Source of the DNA: an uncultured bacterium
GTDB lineage: Bacteria; Patescibacteriota; Minisyncoccia; Phycocordibacterales; GWA1-40-21
Assembly: GCA_963716205.1 (NCBI GenBank)
Contig: OY970290.1
Coordinates: 520,322-584,321 of the forward strand
Length of the DNA stretch: 64,000 bases
Direction of reading: 5' to 3'
This document shows positions 57,568-64,000 of this stretch, in pieces; the stretch's first letter is position 1, and every line of letters begins with the position of its first letter. A program made the translations under genes and the position numbers. The notes under the pieces are model-generated. The model saw only the letters and a program-made list of their open reading frames with translations. It was not told where the DNA came from and ran no database searches.

Positions 57568-58293
57568 TTAGATTTTTTCAATCAAAGCGATATATGAGGC
57601 CTTGCCAGAATCGATGATTTTCCTTATTCTCCAACCAGTGCCTTCAAGTATCATTTTCATCTCATTCGGTGACACGAAAAGATAATCGAACCAATCGCCG
57701 ATAACTTTACCGAATCGAACCCTGATTCTTATCTGTCCTGGCATTCTGCCTCGCTTTACGTTCAATTTTTGATATGCATGATGGTCATCGCTCTTTGTTT
57801 TATACGGATTGTTGCTTTCAGCCAGAATAAGTGCTCTTGGAGTGGTGATTTTGTAAAAATCTTTGAGTAATCTTTTAGCTTTATGAACGTTGCCGAAAAG
57901 GCCGAAATTATTCCCAAACATGATGATCGTATCGAATTTTGATGGTGATAATTTAGCTATATCTTCAATTGGCAAAACCTTGGCTTTTTTCACTCCTCTT
58001 TTTCTGCAAACAGAAATAGCAAGTGGCGAGTTATCAATTGCCATAACATCAAATCCTTTCTTTTGTAGATAGAGAGGAACCCGCCCGGCACCAGCGCCGA
58101 CATCAAGAATTTTTCCTTTCACATTTGATATGGCTTTTCGTTCAAAAAGATGCCATTTTTTAAAATCCTTAAAGTATCCGCTCACATTATCCACATCGAT
58201 ATAATCGTCATCCCGTTCAATGATTCCCACGGAACTGCCGTTTTTCAGGTATTCCATCACTTCTAATCCAAATGAGTCTTTGTTTGTTTTCAT
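57568..58293 (-). CDS. Class I SAM-dependent methyltransferase
   Basis: Motif I ILDVGAGAGRVPLYL, post-I acidic D (DNS). Confidence 0.8.
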   Translation of the reverse strand: MKTNKDSFGLEVMEYLKNGSSVGIIERDDDYIDVDNVSGYFKDFKKWHLFERKAISNVKGKILDVGAGAGRVPLYLQKKGFDVMAIDNSPLAISVCRKRGVKKAKVLPIEDIAKLSPSKFDTIIMFGNNFGLFGNVHKAKRLLKDFYKITTPRALILAESNNPYKTKSDDHHAYQKLNVKRGRMPGQIRIRVRFGKVIGDWFDYLFVSPNEMKMILEGTGWRIRKIIDSGKASYIALIEKI

Positions 58294-58409
58294 ACGACAG
58301 AATTATATCAAAAAAATCAAAATTAAACCAAAAGAATTCATCAATTTAAAAAATACAACGCAACTCGAGCGCTCATATTACATCACGAATATATGCTACC
58401 TGTCAACGG

Positions 58410-58480
58410 CTGCGGGACTTGGACTCGAACCAAGATAACATCCTCCAGAGGGATGTGTCCTACCATTAGACGATCCCGCA
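58410..58480 (-). tRNA. tRNA-Gln(CTG)
   Basis: Minus strand: acceptor TGCGGGA/TCCCGCA (U1-A72 as in Gln tRNAs), anticodon stem CATCC/GGATG with loop CTCTGGA, T-arm CTTGG-TTCGAGT-CCAAG. Confidence 0.8.
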
Positions 58481-58529
58481 AAAAATAAACGAACAAAAGA
58501 ACAATACGCGAAAAACTTGATAATTTCAA

Positions 58530-58564
58530 GGCGTAATTTTCGCGAAGCGAAAATTACGCCTTTT
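58530..58564. terminator. Strong hairpin terminator downstream of ftsX
   Basis: GGCGTAATTTTCGC-GAAG-GCGAAAATTACGCC (14-bp perfect stem) followed by TTTT. Confidence 0.8.
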
Positions 58565-58579
58565 ATCAAAAATAGGCTT

Positions 58580-59509
58580 TTAATCTTTCAGATATTTCTG
58601 CACTGCCAGATAGCTTGAAAGTGCGCCGAGTAAGATTCCCGATCCGGTGATGATTCCCAGAATTTCAAAGAAATTATTCATATAATATTGGAACACGTCA
58701 AAGCCGACAAAATATACTCCGTAATATCTGTTGATTGAAAAAGTAACGATTGCAAAAAGCATGAGAACGAGAAATGCCGATATGATTCCGCAGAATACTC
58801 CGGAGACGACAAACGGACCCTTGACGTATTTATTTGAAGCGCCGACGAGCCGCATGACGGAGATTTCATCTTTTGCCATGAAAATAGTGAGCCGTATGGT
58901 ATTGAACGCAACGATAATGGAAATGAGGATAAAGAAAACTGCAAGCCAGAAGCCGATCTCGTTTGCAGAATTGATAATGCTGTTCAGGCGGTCAATGACA
59001 ATTTTATTCTGGGCATAATCAACGCTGTCGATGATTGTCGAGCCGTCTGACGAAAGAAGTTCGCTGCTGTCGCCGTTTAAAAAGTCTGCGATGCCGGCAT
59101 ATTGGGACGGATCCTTTGCTTTGATGTTGAGTGACGCATCAAGAGGATTTTCTCCAAGCTCGCTCAAGGCGGAGAGTGTCAAACTATCGCTTGCATGCTT
59201 GGCTTGAAAATCAGCCAGTGCTTGGTCGCGCGAGGTATAGGTAACGCTTTCAACTTCCGGCAATGCTTCAAGCGATTTCTGAACAGACAAAATATCGGAC
59301 TCGTCGGCAGTCGTCACAAAATATACCGTGACATCGACTTTATTTTTTACTTGTGCAAGACTGTAACTGAAAAAACCGGAAAGCAACATGACTGAAACGA
59401 TGATAAAAAGAGTGATAGTCATAACCAAAAGAGAAGAGAGCGAAACAAAACCGTTTCTGAAAAAATTCTGCAGTCCCGATTTGAAAATTCTTTTTGTTGC
59501 AAGCCACAT
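58580..59509 (-). CDS. ftsX: Cell-division ABC transporter permease FtsX
   Basis: Start re-placed at ATG 59509. N-terminal TM, large extracytoplasmic loop, three C-terminal TM helices. Directly follows ftsE. Confidence 0.8.
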   Translation of the reverse strand: MWLATKRIFKSGLQNFFRNGFVSLSSLLVMTITLFIIVSVMLLSGFFSYSLAQVKNKVDVTVYFVTTADESDILSVQKSLEALPEVESVTYTSRDQALADFQAKHASDSLTLSALSELGENPLDASLNIKAKDPSQYAGIADFLNGDSSELLSSDGSTIIDSVDYAQNKIVIDRLNSIINSANEIGFWLAVFFILISIIVAFNTIRLTIFMAKDEISVMRLVGASNKYVKGPFVVSGVFCGIISAFLVLMLFAIVTFSINRYYGVYFVGFDVFQYYMNNFFEILGIITGSGILLGALSSYLAVQKYLKD

Positions 59510-59531
59510 ATAATTTATAAATAAAAAAATA

Positions 59532-60212
59532 TTACATCGAATACTTCCCTGTTGGATCGTCGCGCACGACTTTTCCATTTTCCATCGAAAGCACGCGTTT
59601 GCCGAGTGAATCGATAACGCCTTTATTATGCGTCGTCAGTATGATTGTCGTGCCGAGGTCGTTTATTTTTTTCAAAATCTGGATTATTTCGTAGGTGTTG
59701 ATCGGGTCAAGATTGCCGGTCGGCTCATCGGCAATGATGATGTCCGGCTGATTGACGATGGCTCTCGCGATAGCCACGCGTTGCTTTTCACCGCCCGAAA
59801 GCTCATGCGGAAAATTGAACGCTTTCTCGGAAAGATTAACGAGATCGAGCACATGAGGAACATCAGAATGGATTTCCTCGTCGCTTCGTCCGGAAACTTC
59901 CATGGCAAAAGCAATATTTTCATAAATGGTCTTGTTCGGCAAAAGGCGGAAATCCTGAAACACCGTGCCGATTTTTCTCCTGAAATAATTTATTTCATGC
60001 TTGGTCAGCTTGTGAATGTCAAGCGATTCATAAAATATTCTGCCTTTGGTCGGCTTTTCCTCGGCAAGAAGCATTTTGATAAGCGTTGTTTTTCCGGCGC
60101 CGGAATGTCCGACAATGGAAACGAATTCTTTTGGCTCGATGGAAATCGTAACATCTTTCAAGGCGGCCGTGTTGTCAGAATATATTTTTGTGACTTTCTC
60201 AAAAACAATCAT
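59532..60212 (-). CDS. ftsE: Cell-division ABC transporter ATP-binding protein FtsE
   Basis: Walker A GHSGAGKTT, signature LSGGEKQR, Walker B IIIADEPTGNLD. Confidence 0.9.
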   Translation of the reverse strand: MIVFEKVTKIYSDNTAALKDVTISIEPKEFVSIVGHSGAGKTTLIKMLLAEEKPTKGRIFYESLDIHKLTKHEINYFRRKIGTVFQDFRLLPNKTIYENIAFAMEVSGRSDEEIHSDVPHVLDLVNLSEKAFNFPHELSGGEKQRVAIARAIVNQPDIIIADEPTGNLDPINTYEIIQILKKINDLGTTIILTTHNKGVIDSLGKRVLSMENGKVVRDDPTGKYSM

Positions 60213-60221
60213 GAACGGTTA

Positions 60222-61094
60222 TTATACCATATTTTTTTCCGCTTCAATGAATTCATCGAGATCACCCGCCAAAACTTTGTCTATCTGTGAAGTCTCGACT
60301 CCCGTGCGGTGATCTTTGATCATTTTATACGGATGAAAAACATAGGAACGGATCTGACTTCCCCAATCAATCGACGTCGTCTTGCTGATATGCAATCCCT
60401 TTTCTTTCATTTTTTTCTCTTCTTCGCGTAGAGCAAATAATTTTCCTTTCAAAATCTGCAATGCCTTTTCTTTATTTTGCAGCTGACTTCGCTCGCTCGC
60501 GCTCCGCACTGAAATACCGGTCGGAATATGCAAAAGCCGGACTGCGGTTTCGCGCTTGTTCACATTTTGCCCGCCTGGACCGCCAGCTTTCGAGACTTCC
60601 ATTTTAATTTCATTTTCCGGAATTTCTATCTCGCTGTCCTTTTCTATTTTCGGCACAACTTCAACGAGAGAAAAAGAAGTTTGCCTCAGATTTTTAGAAT
60701 TGAACGGGGAAAGACGGACCAAGCGATGCACACCGTTCTCGCCTTTAAGCTCGCCGTAGACATTTGCGCCGATGATTTCAAGCGTAATGTTACGGTAGCC
60801 GCCGTGGTCATTTTCATTTTCATCAAGAATATGATATATCCATCCTTTTTTCGTAAAAAATTTCGTATACATCTCAAAAAGAATTCTGGAAAAATCTTCC
60901 GCGTCATCCCCGCCCGCACCGGAAAAAATAGTCATGATAGCATGACCGCCGTTATATTTATCTTTTCCAAAAAGCTCGGATTTCAATTCCGCAATCTCTC
61001 TGATGGTCGCTTGCGCTTTTGTTTTGTCGTTCCAAAAATCCGCCGCTTGCATTTGGCTTTCCAATTCTTTGATTTTATTTCCAATTTCTTTCAT
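60222..61094 (-). CDS. prfB: Peptide chain release factor 2, N-terminally short form without a programmed frameshift
   Basis: SPF tripeptide motif (RLSPFNS), GGQ (KAGGPGGQNVNK). The single ORF starts next to tRNA-Thr. Confidence 0.85.
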   Translation of the reverse strand: MKEIGNKIKELESQMQAADFWNDKTKAQATIREIAELKSELFGKDKYNGGHAIMTIFSGAGGDDAEDFSRILFEMYTKFFTKKGWIYHILDENENDHGGYRNITLEIIGANVYGELKGENGVHRLVRLSPFNSKNLRQTSFSLVEVVPKIEKDSEIEIPENEIKMEVSKAGGPGGQNVNKRETAVRLLHIPTGISVRSASERSQLQNKEKALQILKGKLFALREEEKKMKEKGLHISKTTSIDWGSQIRSYVFHPYKMIKDHRTGVETSQIDKVLAGDLDEFIEAEKNMV

Positions 61095-61095
61095 G

Positions 61096-61168
61096 AGCCA
61101 CCTCCCAGGATCGAACTGGGGACCCCATCTTTACGAAAGATGTGCTCTACCAACTGAGCTAAGGTGGC
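61096..61168 (-). tRNA. tRNA-Thr(CGT)
   Basis: Minus strand: acceptor GCCACCT/AGGTGGC, D-arm GCTCAGTTGGTAGAGC, anticodon loop TTCGTAA, T-arm CCCAG-TTCGATC-CTGGG. Confidence 0.8.
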
Positions 61169-61200
61169 CAAAACATTTTGCAAAAAGCAAAATGTATGGG

Positions 61201-61273
61201 AGCCGTTGACCAGGATCGGACTGGTGACCTCGTCATTACCAATGACGTGCTCTACCAACTGAGCTACAACGGC
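61201..61273 (-). tRNA. tRNA-Thr(GGT)
   Basis: Minus strand: acceptor GCCGTTG/CAACGGC, anticodon stem CGTCA/TGACG with loop TTGGTAA, T-arm ACCAG-TCCGATC-CTGGT. Confidence 0.85.
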
Positions 61274-61365
61274 TTGTTGTATAAAAACAAAGGTGGAGAC
61301 CAACGAATACTAAATGATTTTTACCTTTTTTGCAATTATGCTATCATTAGTTTTAATAAAAAATT

Positions 61366-61920
61366 ATGAACCAAAGACTTGGAATCAGGGCGCTTGTTTT
61401 ATATATCGTGAAAGGTCTTCTGCCAGGAGTTATTCTTTTGTTCCTCACATTCATTGTATTGTCCCTGAAAGATACGCTGATAAACAGTTTTATCAATTCC
61501 GGATATGCGGCGCCGGATGTCATCAATAAAATCGTTCTTTTCGTTATCGGCGGAATGTATGTTCTTTCGACGCTTATTCTGATATTCGGACTTCTGATCA
61601 ATTTGATACATTATTTCACGTGCATATTCGGCATGGACGATTACGGCTTCAAAATGCATCGTGGACTTATCAGCAGAGATGAAGTAACAATTCCCTACCA
61701 TCAGATTGAAGATGTCGATGTCGATCAGAGCGTCATCGGAAGACTGCTTGGTGTCGGCAAACTTATCATTCTGACAGCGGGAAATGAAAACAAAGACAAG
61801 CACGGCGAAGAAAATGAAATTGTCTTCAGCATTATCGATATATCAATAGCAAAATCTCTGCAGAAAATCCTCGTTGAAAGAAGTTCCGTACAGTTGGTCA
61901 AAGAAGTTCCGAAAGTATGA
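61366..61920 (+). CDS. Membrane protein with bacterial PH (bPH_2/DUF304) domain
   Basis: Three TM helices, then IPYHQIEDVDVDQSVIGRLLGVGKLIILTAG typical of YdbT/YdbS-type PH domains. Confidence 0.55.
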   Translation: MNQRLGIRALVLYIVKGLLPGVILLFLTFIVLSLKDTLINSFINSGYAAPDVINKIVLFVIGGMYVLSTLILIFGLLINLIHYFTCIFGMDDYGFKMHRGLISRDEVTIPYHQIEDVDVDQSVIGRLLGVGKLIILTAGNENKDKHGEENEIVFSIIDISIAKSLQKILVERSSVQLVKEVPKV

Positions 61921-61931
61921 TATAAAAAAAT

Positions 61932-61966
61932 AAAAAGAGCGGCGCCCGCAGGGCGCCGCTCTTTTT
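61932..61966. terminator. Bidirectional hairpin terminator (copy 3 of the three-copy family)
   Basis: AAAAAGAGCGGCGCCC-GCA-GGGCGCCGCTCTTTTT, between convergent genes ending at 61920 and 61985. Confidence 0.8.
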
Positions 61967-61984
61967 ATGTATCGGATATTTTAT

Positions 61985-62785
61985 TTAGAACCCGAATAAG
62001 TGACTGAAGAATGATCCGATTGATCCGAAGAATCCTCCCATGCCTCTGCCTTGCGGCTTTGCAGAATTCGTCTGGTCAATGACTGAGGAAGCTGTGACGG
62101 ATGTTCCATTCACATTTCCCTGAACAATCACTTGATCTCCGATCGCAATGCTTGAAACTGATGCACCCGTCACGCCCGGCTTGGTAACTTTTGCGCTTGA
62201 TGCGTCAATCGTGTAGGTAACATTTCCGCTGTTGGTAATCGTAAGCGTTGTGCCGCTTATGGCAGTTATTTTTCCTGCGACGACCGGCTCGCCATTGCCG
62301 ACAATCTGCAGCGTTGACGATGCATGCTGCATATTTCCACCAGGTCTCATACCCATACCAAACTTGCCGTCAAAAATTTTTGTCGCGGTGACATTTGCTC
62401 CGGAAACAGTTCCTTGAATCATAACCGTATCACCGACTGCAATTGCAGATACCGAACTTGTCGCGTTTGATTTCATGACAGTGGCATTGCTTGCATCAAC
62501 CGTGTATGTGGTTGCCGGAGTAGTTGTCCCATTTCTGCCAAAACTTTCGCTGGTCACTGTCAGTGTCGTGCCGTTTATCGATGCGACTTCTCCGACAACT
62601 GCCGGTTTCATTCCCATTCGATTTCCTGCATTGCCCTGAAATTGTCCATGCATTTGCATTTGAGGATTATTTCCCCATCCGACTTGTCCTACTGCGGGCG
62701 GCACAGCGGCAAACGCCGGCACAATGAGCGCAAGACTGGTGACAAGAGCGACCGAAAGCGAACCGATAATATATTTCTTATTCAT
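61985..62785 (-). CDS. Secreted protein with two tandem ~100-aa beta-rich repeats (DUF5666-like) and a Gly/Met-rich linker
   Basis: Signal peptide. Internal duplication (…INGTTLTVTSESFG…TYTVDASNATVMKS…IAVGDTVMIQG / …ISGTTLTITNSGNVTYTIDASSAKVTK…IAIGDQVIVQG). Confidence 0.5.
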   Translation of the reverse strand: MNKKYIIGSLSVALVTSLALIVPAFAAVPPAVGQVGWGNNPQMQMHGQFQGNAGNRMGMKPAVVGEVASINGTTLTVTSESFGRNGTTTPATTYTVDASNATVMKSNATSSVSAIAVGDTVMIQGTVSGANVTATKIFDGKFGMGMRPGGNMQHASSTLQIVGNGEPVVAGKITAISGTTLTITNSGNVTYTIDASSAKVTKPGVTGASVSSIAIGDQVIVQGNVNGTSVTASSVIDQTNSAKPQGRGMGGFFGSIGSFFSHLFGF

Positions 62786-62925
62786 AAATTATTATATTTT
62801 TATTGATTGATAATCTTTTCGACAAAAGGATTGTATCCTTTGTAGCTTGTTATACGCTTTTCAAGCTTGGCGAGGTGCATAAAATAAATTGACTAATGCT
62901 CATTTGAAAGTTAGAATGGCGAAAT

Positions 62926-63882
62926 ATGAAAAACATTGTTACTCTTGGCGGTGCAAGCGGACATACGCAAGTCCTTCTCGCGCTCAAAAATATTCCCGAT
63001 ATTCAAATCACCGCAGTTTGTCCGAGCACGGATTCAGGCGGTTCAACGGGAATATTGAAAGATGTCTACGGCTCAAGCGGCTATCTTGGGGATCTGACAA
63101 AATGCATCGTCGCCCTTTCAAATAATAAATCTCTCGCACAAGCTCTGATGTATCGCTACGCTGGCGGTCCGATTGAAGGCCATACCGTAAAAAATCTTTT
63201 ATTTTTCGCGCTTGAAAAAACCGGCAATTTGAAATCCGCACTCGATGTTATGTCTGATATTTGCAAACTCGGCATTCATCGCGTCCTGCCGGTCACCAAT
63301 AAAAAAACGGAATTGCGCGCCCGGCTTGAAATCGGCAATGAAATTTCCGGCGAGACCAATATCGACAATATCGCCAAAAATCCGCTGTGGAATCCGTATG
63401 TCCATTCCATCAAAAATGTCTATCTCGTCCCGTCGGTTTCCGCATCAGAAGATGTGCTTCAAGCGATAGAAAAATCGGAATACGTTATCATCTCGCCGGG
63501 CGATCTGTATTCAAGCATCGTCCCGACACTTTTGCCCCAAGGCGTGACAAAATCCATAAAAAAGAGCGGGGCAAAAATAATTTTATTTTTGAACATCATG
63601 ACCAAGCAGGGCGAGACGGACAATTACACCGCGAGCGATTTCATCAATGCCGTTGAAAAATATCTTGGTAAAAAAGTGGACTATATCATTTCGAACAATT
63701 CAAAGATTTCGAAAAAAGTTTTATTGAATTATTCTCTCGAAAGCAAAGTTGAACTCTCGAAATTTGTCAAAAAATCTGATAAGCGGGTTTCCTTCGCCCC
63801 GCTTGCCATGGTCAACAAAGCCGGCGCTCTCGTTTCCAATCCAAAGGTGATCAAAAAGTGCGTAATGAAGATTATGAAGTAA
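62926..63882 (+). CDS. YvcK-like gluconeogenesis-factor family protein (UPF0052 / CofD-like)
   Basis: N-terminal GGASGHTQVLLALK...AVCPSTDSGGSTGILKD matches the YvcK/CofD phosphate-binding region. 318 aa. Confidence 0.75.
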   Translation: MKNIVTLGGASGHTQVLLALKNIPDIQITAVCPSTDSGGSTGILKDVYGSSGYLGDLTKCIVALSNNKSLAQALMYRYAGGPIEGHTVKNLLFFALEKTGNLKSALDVMSDICKLGIHRVLPVTNKKTELRARLEIGNEISGETNIDNIAKNPLWNPYVHSIKNVYLVPSVSASEDVLQAIEKSEYVIISPGDLYSSIVPTLLPQGVTKSIKKSGAKIILFLNIMTKQGETDNYTASDFINAVEKYLGKKVDYIISNNSKISKKVLLNYSLESKVELSKFVKKSDKRVSFAPLAMVNKAGALVSNPKVIKKCVMKIMK

Positions 63883-63962
63883 TTTTCTCAAACAATCAAA
63901 TCAAAAAGAAGATTCTTGATTGCGTTCAAAACTGCAGCACTGGGCAGTGTTGATAACTTTTT

Positions 63963-64000
63963 GCGCGACCGATGGGACTCGAACCCACGACCTCTCCCGT
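63963..64000 (-). tRNA. Partial tRNA (3' half only; anticodon lies beyond the window end)
   Basis: Minus-strand T-arm GTGGG-TTCGAGT-CCCAT and acceptor 3' strand visible. Identity cannot be assigned. Confidence 0.4.

Noticed and set aside
1-64000. CRISPR arrays, rRNA genes, tmRNA, RNase P RNA
   Set aside because: No spacer-repeat periodicity anywhere. No rRNA-like conserved blocks. No tmRNA-like tag-peptide frame ending in an ALAA-type sequence with a tRNA-like 3' end. Only the tRNAs listed were found by manual cloverleaf folding, and I cannot run tRNAscan or Infernal here.

Overview
This 64 kb window is AT-rich and densely coding, with most genes on the minus strand and many short overlaps between genes. 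The repertoire looks like a small-genome, monoderm-type bacterium, possibly Candidate Phyla Radiation / Patescibacteria (inference): short IF-2, class II B12-dependent RNR, giant tail-fibre-like surface proteins, zwf/gnd. The standard genetic code is in use, since RF2 is present and TGA is a real stop. Recognisable housekeeping genes are clpB, a cysteine desulfurase, infB-rbfA, nrdJ, htpX, secG, rnj, zwf-gnd, prfB and ftsEX. There are 10 tRNA genes plus one partial at the window end: Tyr, Cys, Leu-TAA, Lys, Leu-TAG, Ser, Gln, Thr-CGT, Thr-GGT. The tRNA-Cys/Leu/Lys/Leu cluster carries an HNH endonuclease gene and the remnant of a large serine recombinase. A second recombinase remnant abuts a Y-family polymerase fragment near tRNA-Gln. 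The accessory content is dominated by envelope and redox functions: (i) an FMN-binding protein / ApbE flavin transferase / membrane FAD-NAD reductase operon, a candidate extracytoplasmic flavin-based electron-transfer module; (ii) MsrA-MsrB with a CcdA-thioredoxin fusion, plus a second CcdA/thioredoxin pair; (iii) an MFS efflux pump with two HlyD-type adaptors; (iv) a surface-protein locus with a 1883-aa tail-fibre-like protein ending in an S74 intramolecular-chaperone domain and carrying a ~160-bp near-identical internal repeat. That locus also contains a WINF-repeat secreted protein whose reading frame breaks exactly at a T7 homopolymer; one T fewer would append a Ser/Thr/Pro stalk and a C-terminal membrane anchor, so it is a candidate phase-variation switch. 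The window also holds a conserved GC-rich hairpin terminator in three copies, a repeated 35-bp element, and several small unannotated ORFs. The ORF-track coordinates include stop codons, and some starts have been re-placed at internal ATGs.
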